Numbered from the stretch's first letter, positions 19,264-29,484 are shown. The stretch: DNA of 64,000 bases from Vulcanimicrobiota bacterium (GCA_050250895.1 JBFWNU010000001.1:64001-128000); one strand, 5' to 3'. The notes: a model not told the origin generated them from the sequence alone. A program made the numbers and translations.

Positions 19264-19971
19264 ATGGAACTGCTCTCTTGCCCCAGAGATACCTTGCCCG
19301 AAGCCTGGTCCATGTTGATCGCGGCCAATCGCGGCCTGTCGGGCGCGGAGCGACTGGCGCGTTTGCTGGGCTCCTCCACCGCCATTGCTCGATTCAGAAA
19401 GGACAACGATGTGGACGATCTGGCCATCTTCTTCGCCCGAGTCATCGAGGGTCTGCAGCAAGCCCGAATCGAGTACATGGTGGTGGGCTCGTTCGCCAGC
19501 ACCTATCACGGCATGCCCCGCACCACCCGCGACCTGGACATCGTTTGCCAACTCGACGGTGCCACTCTGCCCGACCTGCTGGCACGCTTTCCGGCCGAGG
19601 ACGGATTCTATGTTAGCAACGAGGCGGCCAAAGAGGCCGTGCGCCGACGCGGCATGTTCAACATCGTGCACGCCGCCAGTGGCTGGAAGGTCGACATTAT
19701 TGTCAAGAAGAACCGGCCCTTTAGCCGAACCGAATTCGAACGCCGCCTGGCCGTGAGGCTACTCGACCAGAACGTCTTCGTGGCCAGCGCTGAAGACACC
19801 ATCCTGACCAAGCTGGAATGGGCCAAAGACTCGCTGTCCGAGCGTCAGTTGCGGGATGTCTCAGAAATCCTCGATGTCCAGGGCCAGGCCCTGGATCAGG
19901 AATACCTCGCCCGGGGTCTGGCTGAGCTAGGCCTGGAAGAGGTGATGGCTCGAGCCCGCGGGCCCTGGTAG
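19264..19971 (+). CDS. Nucleotidyltransferase (DNA pol beta superfamily) with a short N-terminal extension
   Basis: YMVVGSFAS..HGMPRTTRDLD (GS...DxD) and SAEDTILTKL. Alternative GTG start at 19411 with AAGGA RBS. Confidence 0.8.
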   Translation: MELLSCPRDTLPEAWSMLIAANRGLSGAERLARLLGSSTAIARFRKDNDVDDLAIFFARVIEGLQQARIEYMVVGSFASTYHGMPRTTRDLDIVCQLDGATLPDLLARFPAEDGFYVSNEAAKEAVRRRGMFNIVHAASGWKVDIIVKKNRPFSRTEFERRLAVRLLDQNVFVASAEDTILTKLEWAKDSLSERQLRDVSEILDVQGQALDQEYLARGLAELGLEEVMARARGPW

Positions 19972-22900
19972 CTACCAGCCTCCGCTAGAGCCGCCGCTCG
20001 AACCGCCGCCGCTCCAGCCTCCGCTGGAGCCGCCGCTCGACGACGAGCTTTCGCGGCGGCGCCGTTCTTCGTCTTCGCGGCGCTGGACTTCGGCCCGGGC
20101 TGACGAGACGTCGCTGCTATGGCGGCTGCGGGCCCGCGAGATGGCCGACTCGGCCTCGCTGGTGGCCATCACCGCCGCGGTTGCGGCCGAATTAGCGTGG
20201 CTTTCAGCGTCTTCGAACTCTTTTTGGCCCATCTCGATGCCGGCCGTGACCATCAGGGCCTCGGCGGTGGCCAGGCTGGAACGGGCTCCCGAGAGGTCGC
20301 TCGAGCTCACCGAGGTGGACACGGTGCCGTGGCCCGAAACGTAGTCGCTGTCACTCCAGCTGGCCGCTCGCGAGATAGCCGCGTGGGCGGCCAGGATGGC
20401 GGCCGACGCGCCGGCGATGGCCGACTGGGCCTCTTGATAGGCCTGGTGGTCGGCCTCGATGGCCGATTCGGCCGACTGGCGGCTGCCTTCGGTCTTCGAG
20501 AGCGAGGATTCGGCGTCATAAGGGCTTTTAGGCGAGCGATTGACCGCCTCGCGGGCCCCTCCCAGGTGACTGACCGTCTCGTTCACCAGGCGTTTGGCCT
20601 GATCGCGCACATAGTGCTCGTTGGAGCGGGCCTGAGTGCCCGAGACGCGGCCTTCCAGCTGACCCAGCTCGGCTTCGGCCTTTTGCTGCTTTTCGGCCAG
20701 CAAGGCCTCGGCTTTGGTCACCGAGTCGAGATTGGTCTGAGCGCCTTTGAGCACGTTGTCGGTGTCGTTGAGCAGGTCGCGGGCGGTCAGTAAATAGGCT
20801 TTGTCGTGGTTGTCGCGGGCTCCCTCGGTGAGGTTGTGGGCGTTGTCTAGCTTCTCGTTGGCCTCCTTGATGTTGTCGGCCAGGGTGTCGCCGGCCCCCA
20901 CATCCGCGGCAACCTGCCCCATGACCTTGTCTTCGTAAGTTGCCTTGATGCGGTCAAACGAAGGCTGGTAGGTGGCCGGAATGCTGTCGGTGATGGAGAC
21001 GTGGCGCTGCTGGCGCTCAAACAAGGTGTCGGGGTATTCGGCCAGAGCCAGGCGGGTCTCCGAGACCAGCCGGTGAGCGTCCTGGGTGAGGTCGTGGATG
21101 TCGACCAGATGTTGGCCCGCCGTCTCGATGTCGCCCACGTCCAGCCGCGGCTTGATGGCGTCAAGATGCTGGTGGGCATCGGTGGTGCGGTCGGTGGGAT
21201 CGCGATCGGGCTCGCGCAGGACCTGATCGGGCGTGCCTTGCTTGAAGGCTCCGACCTCTTGCAAGAGGTGATGGATGTCGGTGCGGGCCTGAGCCACGTC
21301 GAGTTCGGCCTGGCTGATCTGCACCGGAGACACTTCGCGCCGCTGGGTGTCTTGCTCGACCACGGTGTTGACCCGGGCACCCAGCCGGTCGACCTCTTTG
21401 CGAATTCCACTGACGTCGTCACCCACACCTTTGCGCATGGCGGTGTTGGCGGTCAGGTCGAGTTGGTCCGAGAGCTTCTCTTTGGCCTGGTGGGCCCAGT
21501 CGGTTTTGACCTCATGAGGATGCAGAGCCTCGTCACCCTTGGCCAGGGTGGGCAGCAGGTCGTCGCGGCCATGGTTGCCCAGGGCCACGATGGCGTCGGC
21601 GTCACCGGTCATGCGCTTGGCCACCGTGCCGTAGTCGTCCCAGGCCCGGACCGGGTCGCTGACCTTGAGTTCGCGGCCCTTGGCGATCAGCCCGCCTTCG
21701 TCCGCCGAGCCCAGCACCGAGGCCAACAGGTTCGAGTTGACCGACGGGGCCGTAAACAGCCCGTCGGGCTTGCCTTTCTCTTCGAGGTCGGCGGCCTTCT
21801 GGCTGGCGGCCTGGGCGTCGGTCTCGATGCCGTTGAGATACTGGTCGATCTCTGAATTCTTGTGGTCGATCTCGCGGATGATCGACTCGGCCGTGTCACG
21901 GCTGTCGGCCATGGCCAGTAAGACTTCCTTCAGGGACTTCTCGAACTGGCGGGTCTTGCCGGTGCTGAGAATCTCTTGACGCCAGGTCGAAGCGCGACTG
22001 TTCTCTTCCATCACCGCCCGGGCCGAGTCGCCGGTGTCGAACTGCAGGCGGGCTTCGGGGTCGGTCAACAGAGCGACAGCCTTGTCGAAATTACCGCTGA
22101 GGAACATGTTTTGCAGCTTGCCGCCCAGGCCCTTACCGTCGATGAGGGTCTCGGCTTCGGCCAGAAACTTCTCGCAACCACCCACCAGAGTGAGCGCGTT
22201 GGCGGTGTTCTCGACCAGCTCATCGGCCAGCTTCTTGGTCTTGCCCGTGTAGCCGGCCACGGTGTGGTAGTCGGCCTTGTTCATCAGCGCCACCAGTTCT
22301 TGGGTGCGCTCAGAAATCTCGTTGACGGCCTCATCGAGCTCGCGCTTGGCATTGCCTTTGCTCTTGCGGGCCTTGTGGTTCATCACCGCGCCGGTAGCCA
22401 TGACCGCCACCACCACAGCGGCGGTGCCGTAGAGCTTGACCTTCTTGCCCAGCTCGGTGGCGTCGCGCGAGGTTTTGACATCGCCAGCGGCCTGGCTGGT
22501 GTGGCTCTCGGCTGACTTGAGGTGGTCGACGAAAGAGGGATCCTTGGCTTCGTAGGCCTGGCGATAGGCGGCCAGCGCGCTGGTGGCCTGACCGTGGTGG
22601 TTGCGAGCCGACTGGGCCTGAGAATTGTCGGCCAGGGTAGCGATATCGCCGTTGACCTGCTCGAGGGTCGACTGCAGACCGCGGGCGGTATCAGGGGCGG
22701 TGCGATAGGCGGCCATGGCCTGCTCTTGCGTGCGCACGCTCGAAACGACTTCGCCGGCCAGGCTGGTGGCCCGCTCGAAGTCATGCTGAGCAAAGGCTTC
22801 GCGGCCCTGACGCAGCTTGGCCTCCCAGCCGGGGATGTCGGGCGAGCCGAGCTTGCCGCCCTGGCCAAATTCTCGCTGAAACTCACGCACGGCCGGCTTG

Positions 22901-23835
22901 ACGCCATCCACGGCCGATTCGGCCGCAGTGAGAGCCGATTCGGCGCTGCCCACGCGCTGGGCCACGTGCTGGGCGATGGTGTTGTCGACCCGCTCCATGA
23001 CCTTCTCGATAGCGGCGCCCGGCGAGAGCCCCTCGTTCTTGACGCCATCCACGAAAATCCGGCCCAACGAACCGGGGTTGCCGCCGGGAAAGAACTGATC
23101 GTCGCCGACTCCGAGCTTGTCGGGCAGACTGCCGGGTTCGGTGCGCATGAAGATACTGCGACCCTGCGAGGTGTTGGCTTTGAAGGCGATCATGATGATG
23201 GCCCCCTGATGCTCGCCGGTGGCGGGGTTACGAAGGTTGAGGTACTCCTGGTTGTTGCCGATGCCAGGGCCGAGAATGCGCTCGTCGCCGAGATGATCGC
23301 GGGTCTCTTCCACCAGCACGATGGTGAAGTTGGGATGCTTGCGAACGGCGTCTTGAAAGACTTGCATGTCCTGAGCCGAGAGCGGCTTGCCCTGGTACTG
23401 GGGGTTGCCGATGACATACAGCGGTCGATTGGCCGTCCAGCGGTTGACCACATCCTGAATCGAGGTGGCGTGGACGGGAGTGGTGTCGACATTGGCCACC
23501 ATCTGCACCTCGGCCGCCTGGGCGGGTGAAGCTAGACCCGCCAGGGCTCCGAATCCGGCCAGGGCCAGGCCGACACCGGCCGCCACCTTACCGCCCCAGT
23601 CGCCGTGAGAATCGGGTGCATCCGCCTGGGCGGCGACGCCCGGTTCGGGCGGCGAGGCGGCTTCGATGACCTTGTGCTCGGCTCCGGGAGGGGCCACACG
23701 CCCGGGGGGCTCCCAGCCTCCGCTACTGCCGCGAGCCTGGAAGAACTCTTTGGGCTCGACGTCCTTGGGTTCGGACTGTTTGGACTGGGCGCGGGCAGAA
23801 CCCGCCTTGGGCGTGCTGTAGTTTACTCGGATCAT
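19972..23835 (-). CDS. Large membrane-anchored coiled-coil protein with a TPM-like periplasmic region and Gly/Ser tail
   Basis: Two hydrophobic segments, long helical regions, and a C-terminus SSGGSSGGWSGGGSSGGSSGGW as in TPM-domain proteins. Likely ATG at 23835. Confidence 0.75.
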   Translation of the reverse strand: MIRVNYSTPKAGSARAQSKQSEPKDVEPKEFFQARGSSGGWEPPGRVAPPGAEHKVIEAASPPEPGVAAQADAPDSHGDWGGKVAAGVGLALAGFGALAGLASPAQAAEVQMVANVDTTPVHATSIQDVVNRWTANRPLYVIGNPQYQGKPLSAQDMQVFQDAVRKHPNFTIVLVEETRDHLGDERILGPGIGNNQEYLNLRNPATGEHQGAIIMIAFKANTSQGRSIFMRTEPGSLPDKLGVGDDQFFPGGNPGSLGRIFVDGVKNEGLSPGAAIEKVMERVDNTIAQHVAQRVGSAESALTAAESAVDGVKPAVREFQREFGQGGKLGSPDIPGWEAKLRQGREAFAQHDFERATSLAGEVVSSVRTQEQAMAAYRTAPDTARGLQSTLEQVNGDIATLADNSQAQSARNHHGQATSALAAYRQAYEAKDPSFVDHLKSAESHTSQAAGDVKTSRDATELGKKVKLYGTAAVVVAVMATGAVMNHKARKSKGNAKRELDEAVNEISERTQELVALMNKADYHTVAGYTGKTKKLADELVENTANALTLVGGCEKFLAEAETLIDGKGLGGKLQNMFLSGNFDKAVALLTDPEARLQFDTGDSARAVMEENSRASTWRQEILSTGKTRQFEKSLKEVLLAMADSRDTAESIIREIDHKNSEIDQYLNGIETDAQAASQKAADLEEKGKPDGLFTAPSVNSNLLASVLGSADEGGLIAKGRELKVSDPVRAWDDYGTVAKRMTGDADAIVALGNHGRDDLLPTLAKGDEALHPHEVKTDWAHQAKEKLSDQLDLTANTAMRKGVGDDVSGIRKEVDRLGARVNTVVEQDTQRREVSPVQISQAELDVAQARTDIHHLLQEVGAFKQGTPDQVLREPDRDPTDRTTDAHQHLDAIKPRLDVGDIETAGQHLVDIHDLTQDAHRLVSETRLALAEYPDTLFERQQRHVSITDSIPATYQPSFDRIKATYEDKVMGQVAADVGAGDTLADNIKEANEKLDNAHNLTEGARDNHDKAYLLTARDLLNDTDNVLKGAQTNLDSVTKAEALLAEKQQKAEAELGQLEGRVSGTQARSNEHYVRDQAKRLVNETVSHLGGAREAVNRSPKSPYDAESSLSKTEGSRQSAESAIEADHQAYQEAQSAIAGASAAILAAHAAISRAASWSDSDYVSGHGTVSTSVSSSDLSGARSSLATAEALMVTAGIEMGQKEFEDAESHANSAATAAVMATSEAESAISRARSRHSSDVSSARAEVQRREDEERRRRESSSSSGGSSGGWSGGGSSGGSSGGW

Positions 23836-23980
23836 GAAGCCAGAATAGGCTAGCGGGTACAAAAAAGTCTGAAAGAGCCGGCTCTGGCGTTAAAGGGACG
23901 TCAAAACGGCGCCCAAAAGTTCACAACCTGCTTACCATCTCGCGCCCAGGAACGGTCCCGGCCAGACCGAAGGGCGCGCC

Positions 23981-24307
23981 ATGATCGATTGGTATTATCA
24001 CCGCAAGGGGTGAAAATCTTGTCAACGTGCGCAAGAGTCTCTTGCCGCTCAACAGTTACAACCCGCCGAGCAGGTCGACTGCAAGAAGCAGCCCCTGGAT
24101 CGGCCGGCCGTGGCCGAAATGCTGGCCAAACTCGACCGGGTCGTGGTCATCAACGGAAAGAAGATCCTCGAACTGGATCCCCAGCGTGAGTCTGAGCAGA
24201 TCCTCGAGACGGCCATCGGGCGGTCGGGCAACCTCAGGGCTCCCTCCCTGGTCCAGGACAAAACCCTGGTAGTGGGTTACAGCGCCGAAATCTACGCGGG
24301 CCTCTAA
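23981..24307 (+). CDS. ArsC/Spx-like thioredoxin-fold selenoprotein (UxxC); TGA 24011-24013 read as Sec
   Basis: ATG 23981 reads MIDWYYHRKG-TGA-KSCQRAQE... in frame with the ORF ending GRSGNLRAPSL..LVVGYS. Hairpin GCAAGA-GUC-UCUUGC at 24031-24045. Confidence 0.85.
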
Positions 24308-25041
24308 AAGCCGGTAGGCACATCGACGAAGCGAGTGGTCACACCGAAGCGCTGCTGCAACACCGGCATCAGGGCCTTCACGCCCCAGGTCTCGGTGGCG
24401 TAGTGACCGCCCAGCAAGACGTTGAGGCCGGCCTCTTTGGCGGCGTGGTAGATGGGGTGGCTGGCCTCGCCGGTCAAAAATAGCTGCGCTCCGGCCTCGA
24501 GGGCTTGATAAACCATGCCCAAGGAGGCCCCGCCTGAACTGACCGCGATGCGGCTGACCCGGTCTGGTCCGAAGGCCAGCAGCCGGGCCTCGACCCCCAG
24601 GAGTTGGGAAACCTGCGCCTGCAGCGCCTCGGCCGTCGTCTCGGGGCCGGTGGCGAACCAGCCGACGGGGGCGAACAGCTCAGCCCGCGAGAAGCCCAGC
24701 TTCTCGATGAGCTGGGCGTTGTTGCCCGCTTCGGCATGCAGGTCGAGCGGCAGATGCGAGCAGTAGAGGCCGATGTCGCGCTCGAGCAGATAGCCAAAAG
24801 AGCGGCGGTTGGGTCCGGTCAGGCTAGAAATCGATGGCCAGAACAGGCCGTGGTGCACCACCAGCAGCTGGCAGTCTTGCAGGAGTTCAAAGGTCTCGAG
24901 GCAGGCATCGACACAAAAACCGACCCGCTGAACCTCGTCAGCCCCTTCGACCTGCAGGCCATTGCTGCTGTAGCGGTCCACGACCCCGGCCGTGTCGAGG
25001 TAATCGTCGAGAAAGGCTACGATGTCGGCCGAGCGGGCCAC
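24304..25041 (-). CDS. Nif3-like dinuclear metal centre hexameric protein (YbgI family)
   Basis: NGLQVEG, VHHGLFW, HLPLDLH, FLTGE and GHYATE motifs. GTG start at 25041 overlaps the psuG stop. Confidence 0.92.
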   Translation of the reverse strand: MARSADIVAFLDDYLDTAGVVDRYSSNGLQVEGADEVQRVGFCVDACLETFELLQDCQLLVVHHGLFWPSISSLTGPNRRSFGYLLERDIGLYCSHLPLDLHAEAGNNAQLIEKLGFSRAELFAPVGWFATGPETTAEALQAQVSQLLGVEARLLAFGPDRVSRIAVSSGGASLGMVYQALEAGAQLFLTGEASHPIYHAAKEAGLNVLLGGHYATETWGVKALMPVLQQRFGVTTRFVDVPTGF

Positions 25042-25958
25042 TAATCGTCTCCCAGGGCGACCGCGATCTGAGCGGCCAGAAAGGCGTTCTGCAACAGCAA
25101 GGCGCGGTTGGCTTCGAGGGTTCGGCCGCCGCTGGCCCGGGCCAGATAGTCGAGCAGAAAGGGAGTCAGGATCTTGCCGGTCTGACCCTCGGCCTCGGCC
25201 CGGGCCAGGCCCTCCTTGAGCCACTGGTCCACCTGTTTGATCGGAATGGCGAACTCGTGGGGCACGGGCTGGGTCACCATCACGCCGCGGCCCAGCGCCT
25301 GTAGCGAGAGCTGCTGAGCCCGAGCGGCCTCCTTAGGCGAGTCGACCCGAAAGCCGATGTGAATTTTGCGCCCTTCGGTGTAGAACTGGGGAAAGGCGTC
25401 GGTAGCGTACATGGCTACCGGGATGCCCAGGGTTTCGAGCATCTCGACGGTGGCCGGAATGTCGAGCACCGACTTGACTCCGGAGCAGACGGTCAGACAG
25501 CGGGTGCGGGCCAACTGCCCCAGGTCGGCCGAGTAGTCGGGGCGCTGGTTCCAGTTGAGGTGGATCCCACCCACTCCGCCCGTGGCCATGACCCCGATGG
25601 CGGCGTGTTCGGCCGCGCAGAGCGTGGCGGACACGGTGGTGGCTCCGCTCGATTTTTTGGCCAACACTCCGGGCAGGTCGCCGACTCCGACCTTGAGCAG
25701 GTCGCGGCGTCCACACAGCTCTTGCAACTGCGTCTGATCAAAGCCGAACCGCATCCGGCCCTGGTCGAGCCAGACCACGGCCGGCACCGCGCCACCGCGG
25801 CGGACCTGGGCGCCCATTTCCAGGGCTACCTCATAGTTGATAGGACGCGGCAAGCCCTGCGCCCAGACCGAAGACTCGAGGGCGACCACCGGCTTGCCAT
25901 CAGCGAGCGCGTCGGCCACCTCTTCAGAAAGTTCAACCCAAAGTGGAAGTGATGTCAT
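25041..25958 (-). CDS. psuG: Pseudouridine-5'-phosphate glycosidase
   Basis: PVVALESS, GATTVSAT, ATGGVGG, SADL, KSVLDIPATVEMLET and TPFLL motifs. Confidence 0.92.
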   Translation of the reverse strand: MTSLPLWVELSEEVADALADGKPVVALESSVWAQGLPRPINYEVALEMGAQVRRGGAVPAVVWLDQGRMRFGFDQTQLQELCGRRDLLKVGVGDLPGVLAKKSSGATTVSATLCAAEHAAIGVMATGGVGGIHLNWNQRPDYSADLGQLARTRCLTVCSGVKSVLDIPATVEMLETLGIPVAMYATDAFPQFYTEGRKIHIGFRVDSPKEAARAQQLSLQALGRGVMVTQPVPHEFAIPIKQVDQWLKEGLARAEAEGQTGKILTPFLLDYLARASGGRTLEANRALLLQNAFLAAQIAVALGDD

Positions 25959-25995
25959 GGCAGCCTAACCTGCGCTCGCCCGAAGCCAAAATCCT

Positions 25996-27270
25996 CTAAA
26001 CCGGAGCGCCGCAGGGCGAGGTGAGAATGGTGTTGACGGTGACCCCGTTCTTGATGATCACCCGCACCAGGTTGACGCCGAAGCGATAGACCAGATGACG
26101 CCAATCCGGGGCGTCGAGTACCAGCAGGTCGGCCTGCTTGCCGACTTCGAGGCTGCCCACCCGCTGGCCACGGCCTAGACTGTGGGCGGCGTTGACGGTG
26201 GCTGCCAGCAGGGCCTCTTCGGGAGTCATCTTCATCTTGATGACGGCCAGGGCCATCGACATCGGCATCGACTCGGTCATACACGAGCCGGCGTTGAAAT
26301 CGGTGCCCAGCGCCACCGGCAGGTCGGCCTCGAGCAGCGGGCGGGCCGGAGCGTAGAGATCCATGTCGAGAAAGAACGAGGTGCCGGGAATCATCACCGG
26401 GATCGTTCCTCCCGCTCGCAAGGCCTCGAAGTCGTCGCTGCGCAGGCACTGCAGGTGGTCGGCGGTGGCCGCCCCCAACTCGGCCGCCATACGAGCCCCG
26501 CCCAGATAGTTGAACTCTTCGGCGTGGATGCGAAGGCCAAAACCCAGATCGCGACTGGCCTCGAGCACCTGGCGCGACTCTTCGAGAGTGAAAGCGCCCA
26601 CCTCGCAGAAGACATCGGAATACTCGGCCAGTCCCTGCTCGCACACGGCCGGAAGCAGCTCGTCGGTGACGGTGCGTAAGAAGTCCTGGCGTCGGTCGGC
26701 GTATTCGGGGGGCAGCGCGTGGGCCCCCAGACAGGTGGTCACGACCTCGACCGGCACCTGTTCAGCCGCTTGCCGCAAGATGCGCAGATGGCGCAACTCT
26801 TGCTCGACAGCCAGGCCGTAGCCGCTCTTGGCCTCGAGGGTGGTGGTGCCATGGGCCAGCATGCGCTCCATGACCTGGCAGGTCGACCGTAGCAACTCTT
26901 CGTCGCTGGCCCCACAGGTAGCCTTGACGGTGCTGGCGATGCCGCCGCCGGCGGCGTGGATCTCTTGATAGCTCGCCCCCCGGGCCCGCATGATGAACTC
27001 GCCGATGCGCGAGCCGGCAAAGAGGGGGTGGGAGTGGGCGTCGACCAGGCCGGGAATGACCGAGGAATCGGGCAACTCCAGATGATCGCCCGACCAGTGG
27101 CGTCGAACTTGCGCGGTGGGACCGACGGCCACGATGCGGTCTTTGACCATCGCCACCGAGCCGTTCTCGATCACCCCGACCTCTTGCATCCGGTGGCCCG
27201 AGCGCGCACTCCCCCCGGGCGCGCAGGTCACCACCTGGCGGGCCGAGACGATCAGATCAGCTGTTTGCAT
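25996..27270 (-). CDS. hutI: Imidazolonepropionase
   Basis: PGLVDAHSH, GTTTLEAKSGYGL, DVFCE and ALGTDFNAG motifs. Confidence 0.95.
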   Translation of the reverse strand: MQTADLIVSARQVVTCAPGGSARSGHRMQEVGVIENGSVAMVKDRIVAVGPTAQVRRHWSGDHLELPDSSVIPGLVDAHSHPLFAGSRIGEFIMRARGASYQEIHAAGGGIASTVKATCGASDEELLRSTCQVMERMLAHGTTTLEAKSGYGLAVEQELRHLRILRQAAEQVPVEVVTTCLGAHALPPEYADRRQDFLRTVTDELLPAVCEQGLAEYSDVFCEVGAFTLEESRQVLEASRDLGFGLRIHAEEFNYLGGARMAAELGAATADHLQCLRSDDFEALRAGGTIPVMIPGTSFFLDMDLYAPARPLLEADLPVALGTDFNAGSCMTESMPMSMALAVIKMKMTPEEALLAATVNAAHSLGRGQRVGSLEVGKQADLLVLDAPDWRHLVYRFGVNLVRVIIKNGVTVNTILTSPCGAPV

Positions 27271-28174
27271 AGTTCCCCCTCAGCAGCAGCTGATGCTCGA
27301 GCACCTGCTCGGCCCGAAAACCGTTTAGCTGCAAATAATATCTTCCCACTTCGGCCAGGGCCTCGAGCGGGCAAAGTCCGATCAACTCGCTCGACTCGAT
27401 CGTGACACCGTGGCGGCGCGCCTCGACCTTGACCATTTCGAAAGCCTGATAAAAGCCGGTGGTCAGGGGCCGGGTCAGATTCATCGACACCTGCACCCGA
27501 CCCTGGTGCTCGAGTGACACCCCCAGAGCCCGCACCGACACTAACCCCCCGCCGCCCTCGCGAATGCGCCGGGCGATGGCCTGGGCAATCTCGAGCTTGT
27601 CGGTCCCGAGCACGATGTTGTAGGCCAGCAAAGGCCCGCGCGCACCGATGACGGTGGCGCCCAGACGCGGGTGCAGTTGGGCCGGCCCAAGGTCGGGAGT
27701 CAACTCCTGGTGGGCCAGCCTCAGGCGAAGCCCCTCGAGCCCGCCCCGGCGCAACTCGGGCAAGAGTCGATGCTCGGGCTTGCGAGCCGCCTCTTCATAG
27801 AGAAAAACCGGCACCTGGTGACGCTCGGCCACGGCCTCGGCCAGGCTCACGGCCAGCTCGCGAGCCTGCTCCATGGTAGCTTGCCAGACCGGCACGAACG
27901 GCACCACGTCGATCGCACCCACCCGCGGGTGCTCGCCCTGATGCCCCTCCAGGTCGAGGTGTTGGCTGGCCCAGTCAAAGATCTCGAGCATGGCCGCACG
28001 CAGCGGGTCGGCCGACCCCAGCAGAGTGTAAACGGCCCGATGATGATCGCGGTCCCAGGAATGATCGGCGAGATGGACCCCCTCAACGCCCGTCAGGCGC
28101 TCGGCGAGCTCGAGCAACAGCTCGGGACGCCGACCCTCGGAGAGGTTGGGTATACATTGGAATACGGGTTCCAC
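27257..28174 (-). CDS. ftcD: Glutamate formimidoyltransferase
   Basis: CIPNLSEGR, DHHR, GEHPRVGAIDVVPFVP and QVSMNL motifs. Confidence 0.93.
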   Translation of the reverse strand: MEPVFQCIPNLSEGRRPELLLELAERLTGVEGVHLADHSWDRDHHRAVYTLLGSADPLRAAMLEIFDWASQHLDLEGHQGEHPRVGAIDVVPFVPVWQATMEQARELAVSLAEAVAERHQVPVFLYEEAARKPEHRLLPELRRGGLEGLRLRLAHQELTPDLGPAQLHPRLGATVIGARGPLLAYNIVLGTDKLEIAQAIARRIREGGGGLVSVRALGVSLEHQGRVQVSMNLTRPLTTGFYQAFEMVKVEARRHGVTIESSELIGLCPLEALAEVGRYYLQLNGFRAEQVLEHQLLLRGNYANS

Positions 28175-28246
28175 CCCCGCCTATTCTGGCCGTTAAATGT
28201 GGTTCCTTTGCGGGAAACGCCAGCCCTCATTTCGAACACGCCGCCC

Positions 28247-28585
28247 ATGCAATTGCTGGAACAGCACAAGCTCGACGAGATGGTGAAATCGTTCGGAAGT
28301 GAACTGGTGCTAGAACTGCTGGACCGCATGCTGGGGATGGACATCGCCAAGATCCGCCTTACTGTCGAGCAGGATGATCTGGCCTCGGCCGAGCTGATGT
28401 TGCACCGTCTCAACTCGGATTCAGGCTGGCTGGGGGCCGACCGGTTACACGAACAGGCCGAGCGCCTCGAACAACAGGCCGCCGAGCGTCAAGCCGAGGC
28501 CTTGCGAGCGGGCCTCGACGGACTCGAGGAACTGTTTGCCCTGACCCTGCCGCTGCTGAGCCAGGCCCGTGGACGGCTGGCGTGA
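28247..28585 (+). CDS. Hpt (histidine phosphotransfer) domain protein
   Basis: ATG 28247; LHRLNSDSGWLGADRL resembles the Hpt HxLKGSS..LGA motif; stop overlaps thrB start. Confidence 0.72.
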   Translation: MQLLEQHKLDEMVKSFGSELVLELLDRMLGMDIAKIRLTVEQDDLASAELMLHRLNSDSGWLGADRLHEQAERLEQQAAERQAEALRAGLDGLEELFALTLPLLSQARGRLA

Positions 28586-29484
28586 AAATTCTGGCTCCGG
28601 CCACCACCGCCAATCTAGGGCCCGGCTTTGACACCCTCGGCCTGGCCCTGGCCCTTTACAACGAACTCGAGGTGACCACCACCGACGAGCCCGGCATTCA
28701 CATCGAGGTGCTGGGGGAAGGGGCCGCCGAACTGCCGGCCGACGCCTCGCACCTGGCTGTGAAAGCGCTCGGCCGCGTGCTCGAGCGAGCCGGAGAGAAG
28801 CTGGCCTCGGGGCTGAGGTTGCGCCAGCTCAACCGGCTGCCCCTGGCCCGCGGCCTGGGCTCGAGCGCCGCCGCCATCGTGGCCGGCGTGGTGGCGGGGG
28901 TGTGTCTGTTGCGGCTGGAGGGCGTCGACGTCGTGGCCGAGGCCACCGCCCTGGAAGGTCATCCTGACAACGTAGCTCCCTGCTATCTGGGTGGTCTGGT
29001 GGCCAGTTGTCAAAGCGGAGAGCGGACTTTTGCCTGCGGCCTGCCCATTCACGAGTGCTGGCGAGTGGCCGTGGCCGTGCCCGAGTTTCAGCTGACCACG
29101 GCCCGGGCCCGAGCGGCCCTGCCCGACCGCTATACCCGCCAGCAGGCCGTCTTCAACCTGGCCCGCCTGCCGCTCTTGACGGCCGGACTGGCCCAGGGCC
29201 GGGGTGACCTGGTTCGCGAGGGGACCCGCGACGCCATCCACCAGCCCTATCGCCTGGAGCTGATCCCGGGGGCCGCCCAGGTCATCGAGGCGGCCTGCGA
29301 GGCCGGCGCCGAGGGCGCCTTCATCTCCGGCGCCGGGCCCACCATGGCCGCCCTGGTCGACGCCCGTCGCCACCAGGCCGAAGCGGTGGGGCAGGCCATG
29401 GTCGAGGCCTTCGCCGCGGCCGGAGTGAAGGCTGCCTGGCAGACTCTCGAGGTGGATCGCCAGGGATGTCGGATCTTGACCTAG
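28582..29484 (+). CDS. thrB: Homoserine kinase
   Basis: PATTANLGPGFD, PLARGLGSSAA, EGHPDN and ISGAGPT motifs. Confidence 0.96.
   Translation: MKILAPATTANLGPGFDTLGLALALYNELEVTTTDEPGIHIEVLGEGAAELPADASHLAVKALGRVLERAGEKLASGLRLRQLNRLPLARGLGSSAAAIVAGVVAGVCLLRLEGVDVVAEATALEGHPDNVAPCYLGGLVASCQSGERTFACGLPIHECWRVAVAVPEFQLTTARARAALPDRYTRQQAVFNLARLPLLTAGLAQGRGDLVREGTRDAIHQPYRLELIPGAAQVIEAACEAGAEGAFISGAGPTMAALVDARRHQAEAVGQAMVEAFAAAGVKAAWQTLEVDRQGCRILT

Noticed and set aside
25042-25224. N-terminal extension of the Nif3-like ORF
   Set aside because: It overlaps psuG; homology starts at GTG 25041.
27671-28246. Long N-terminal part of ORF 27671-28585
   Set aside because: Antisense to ftcD; the Hpt-like protein starts at 28247.
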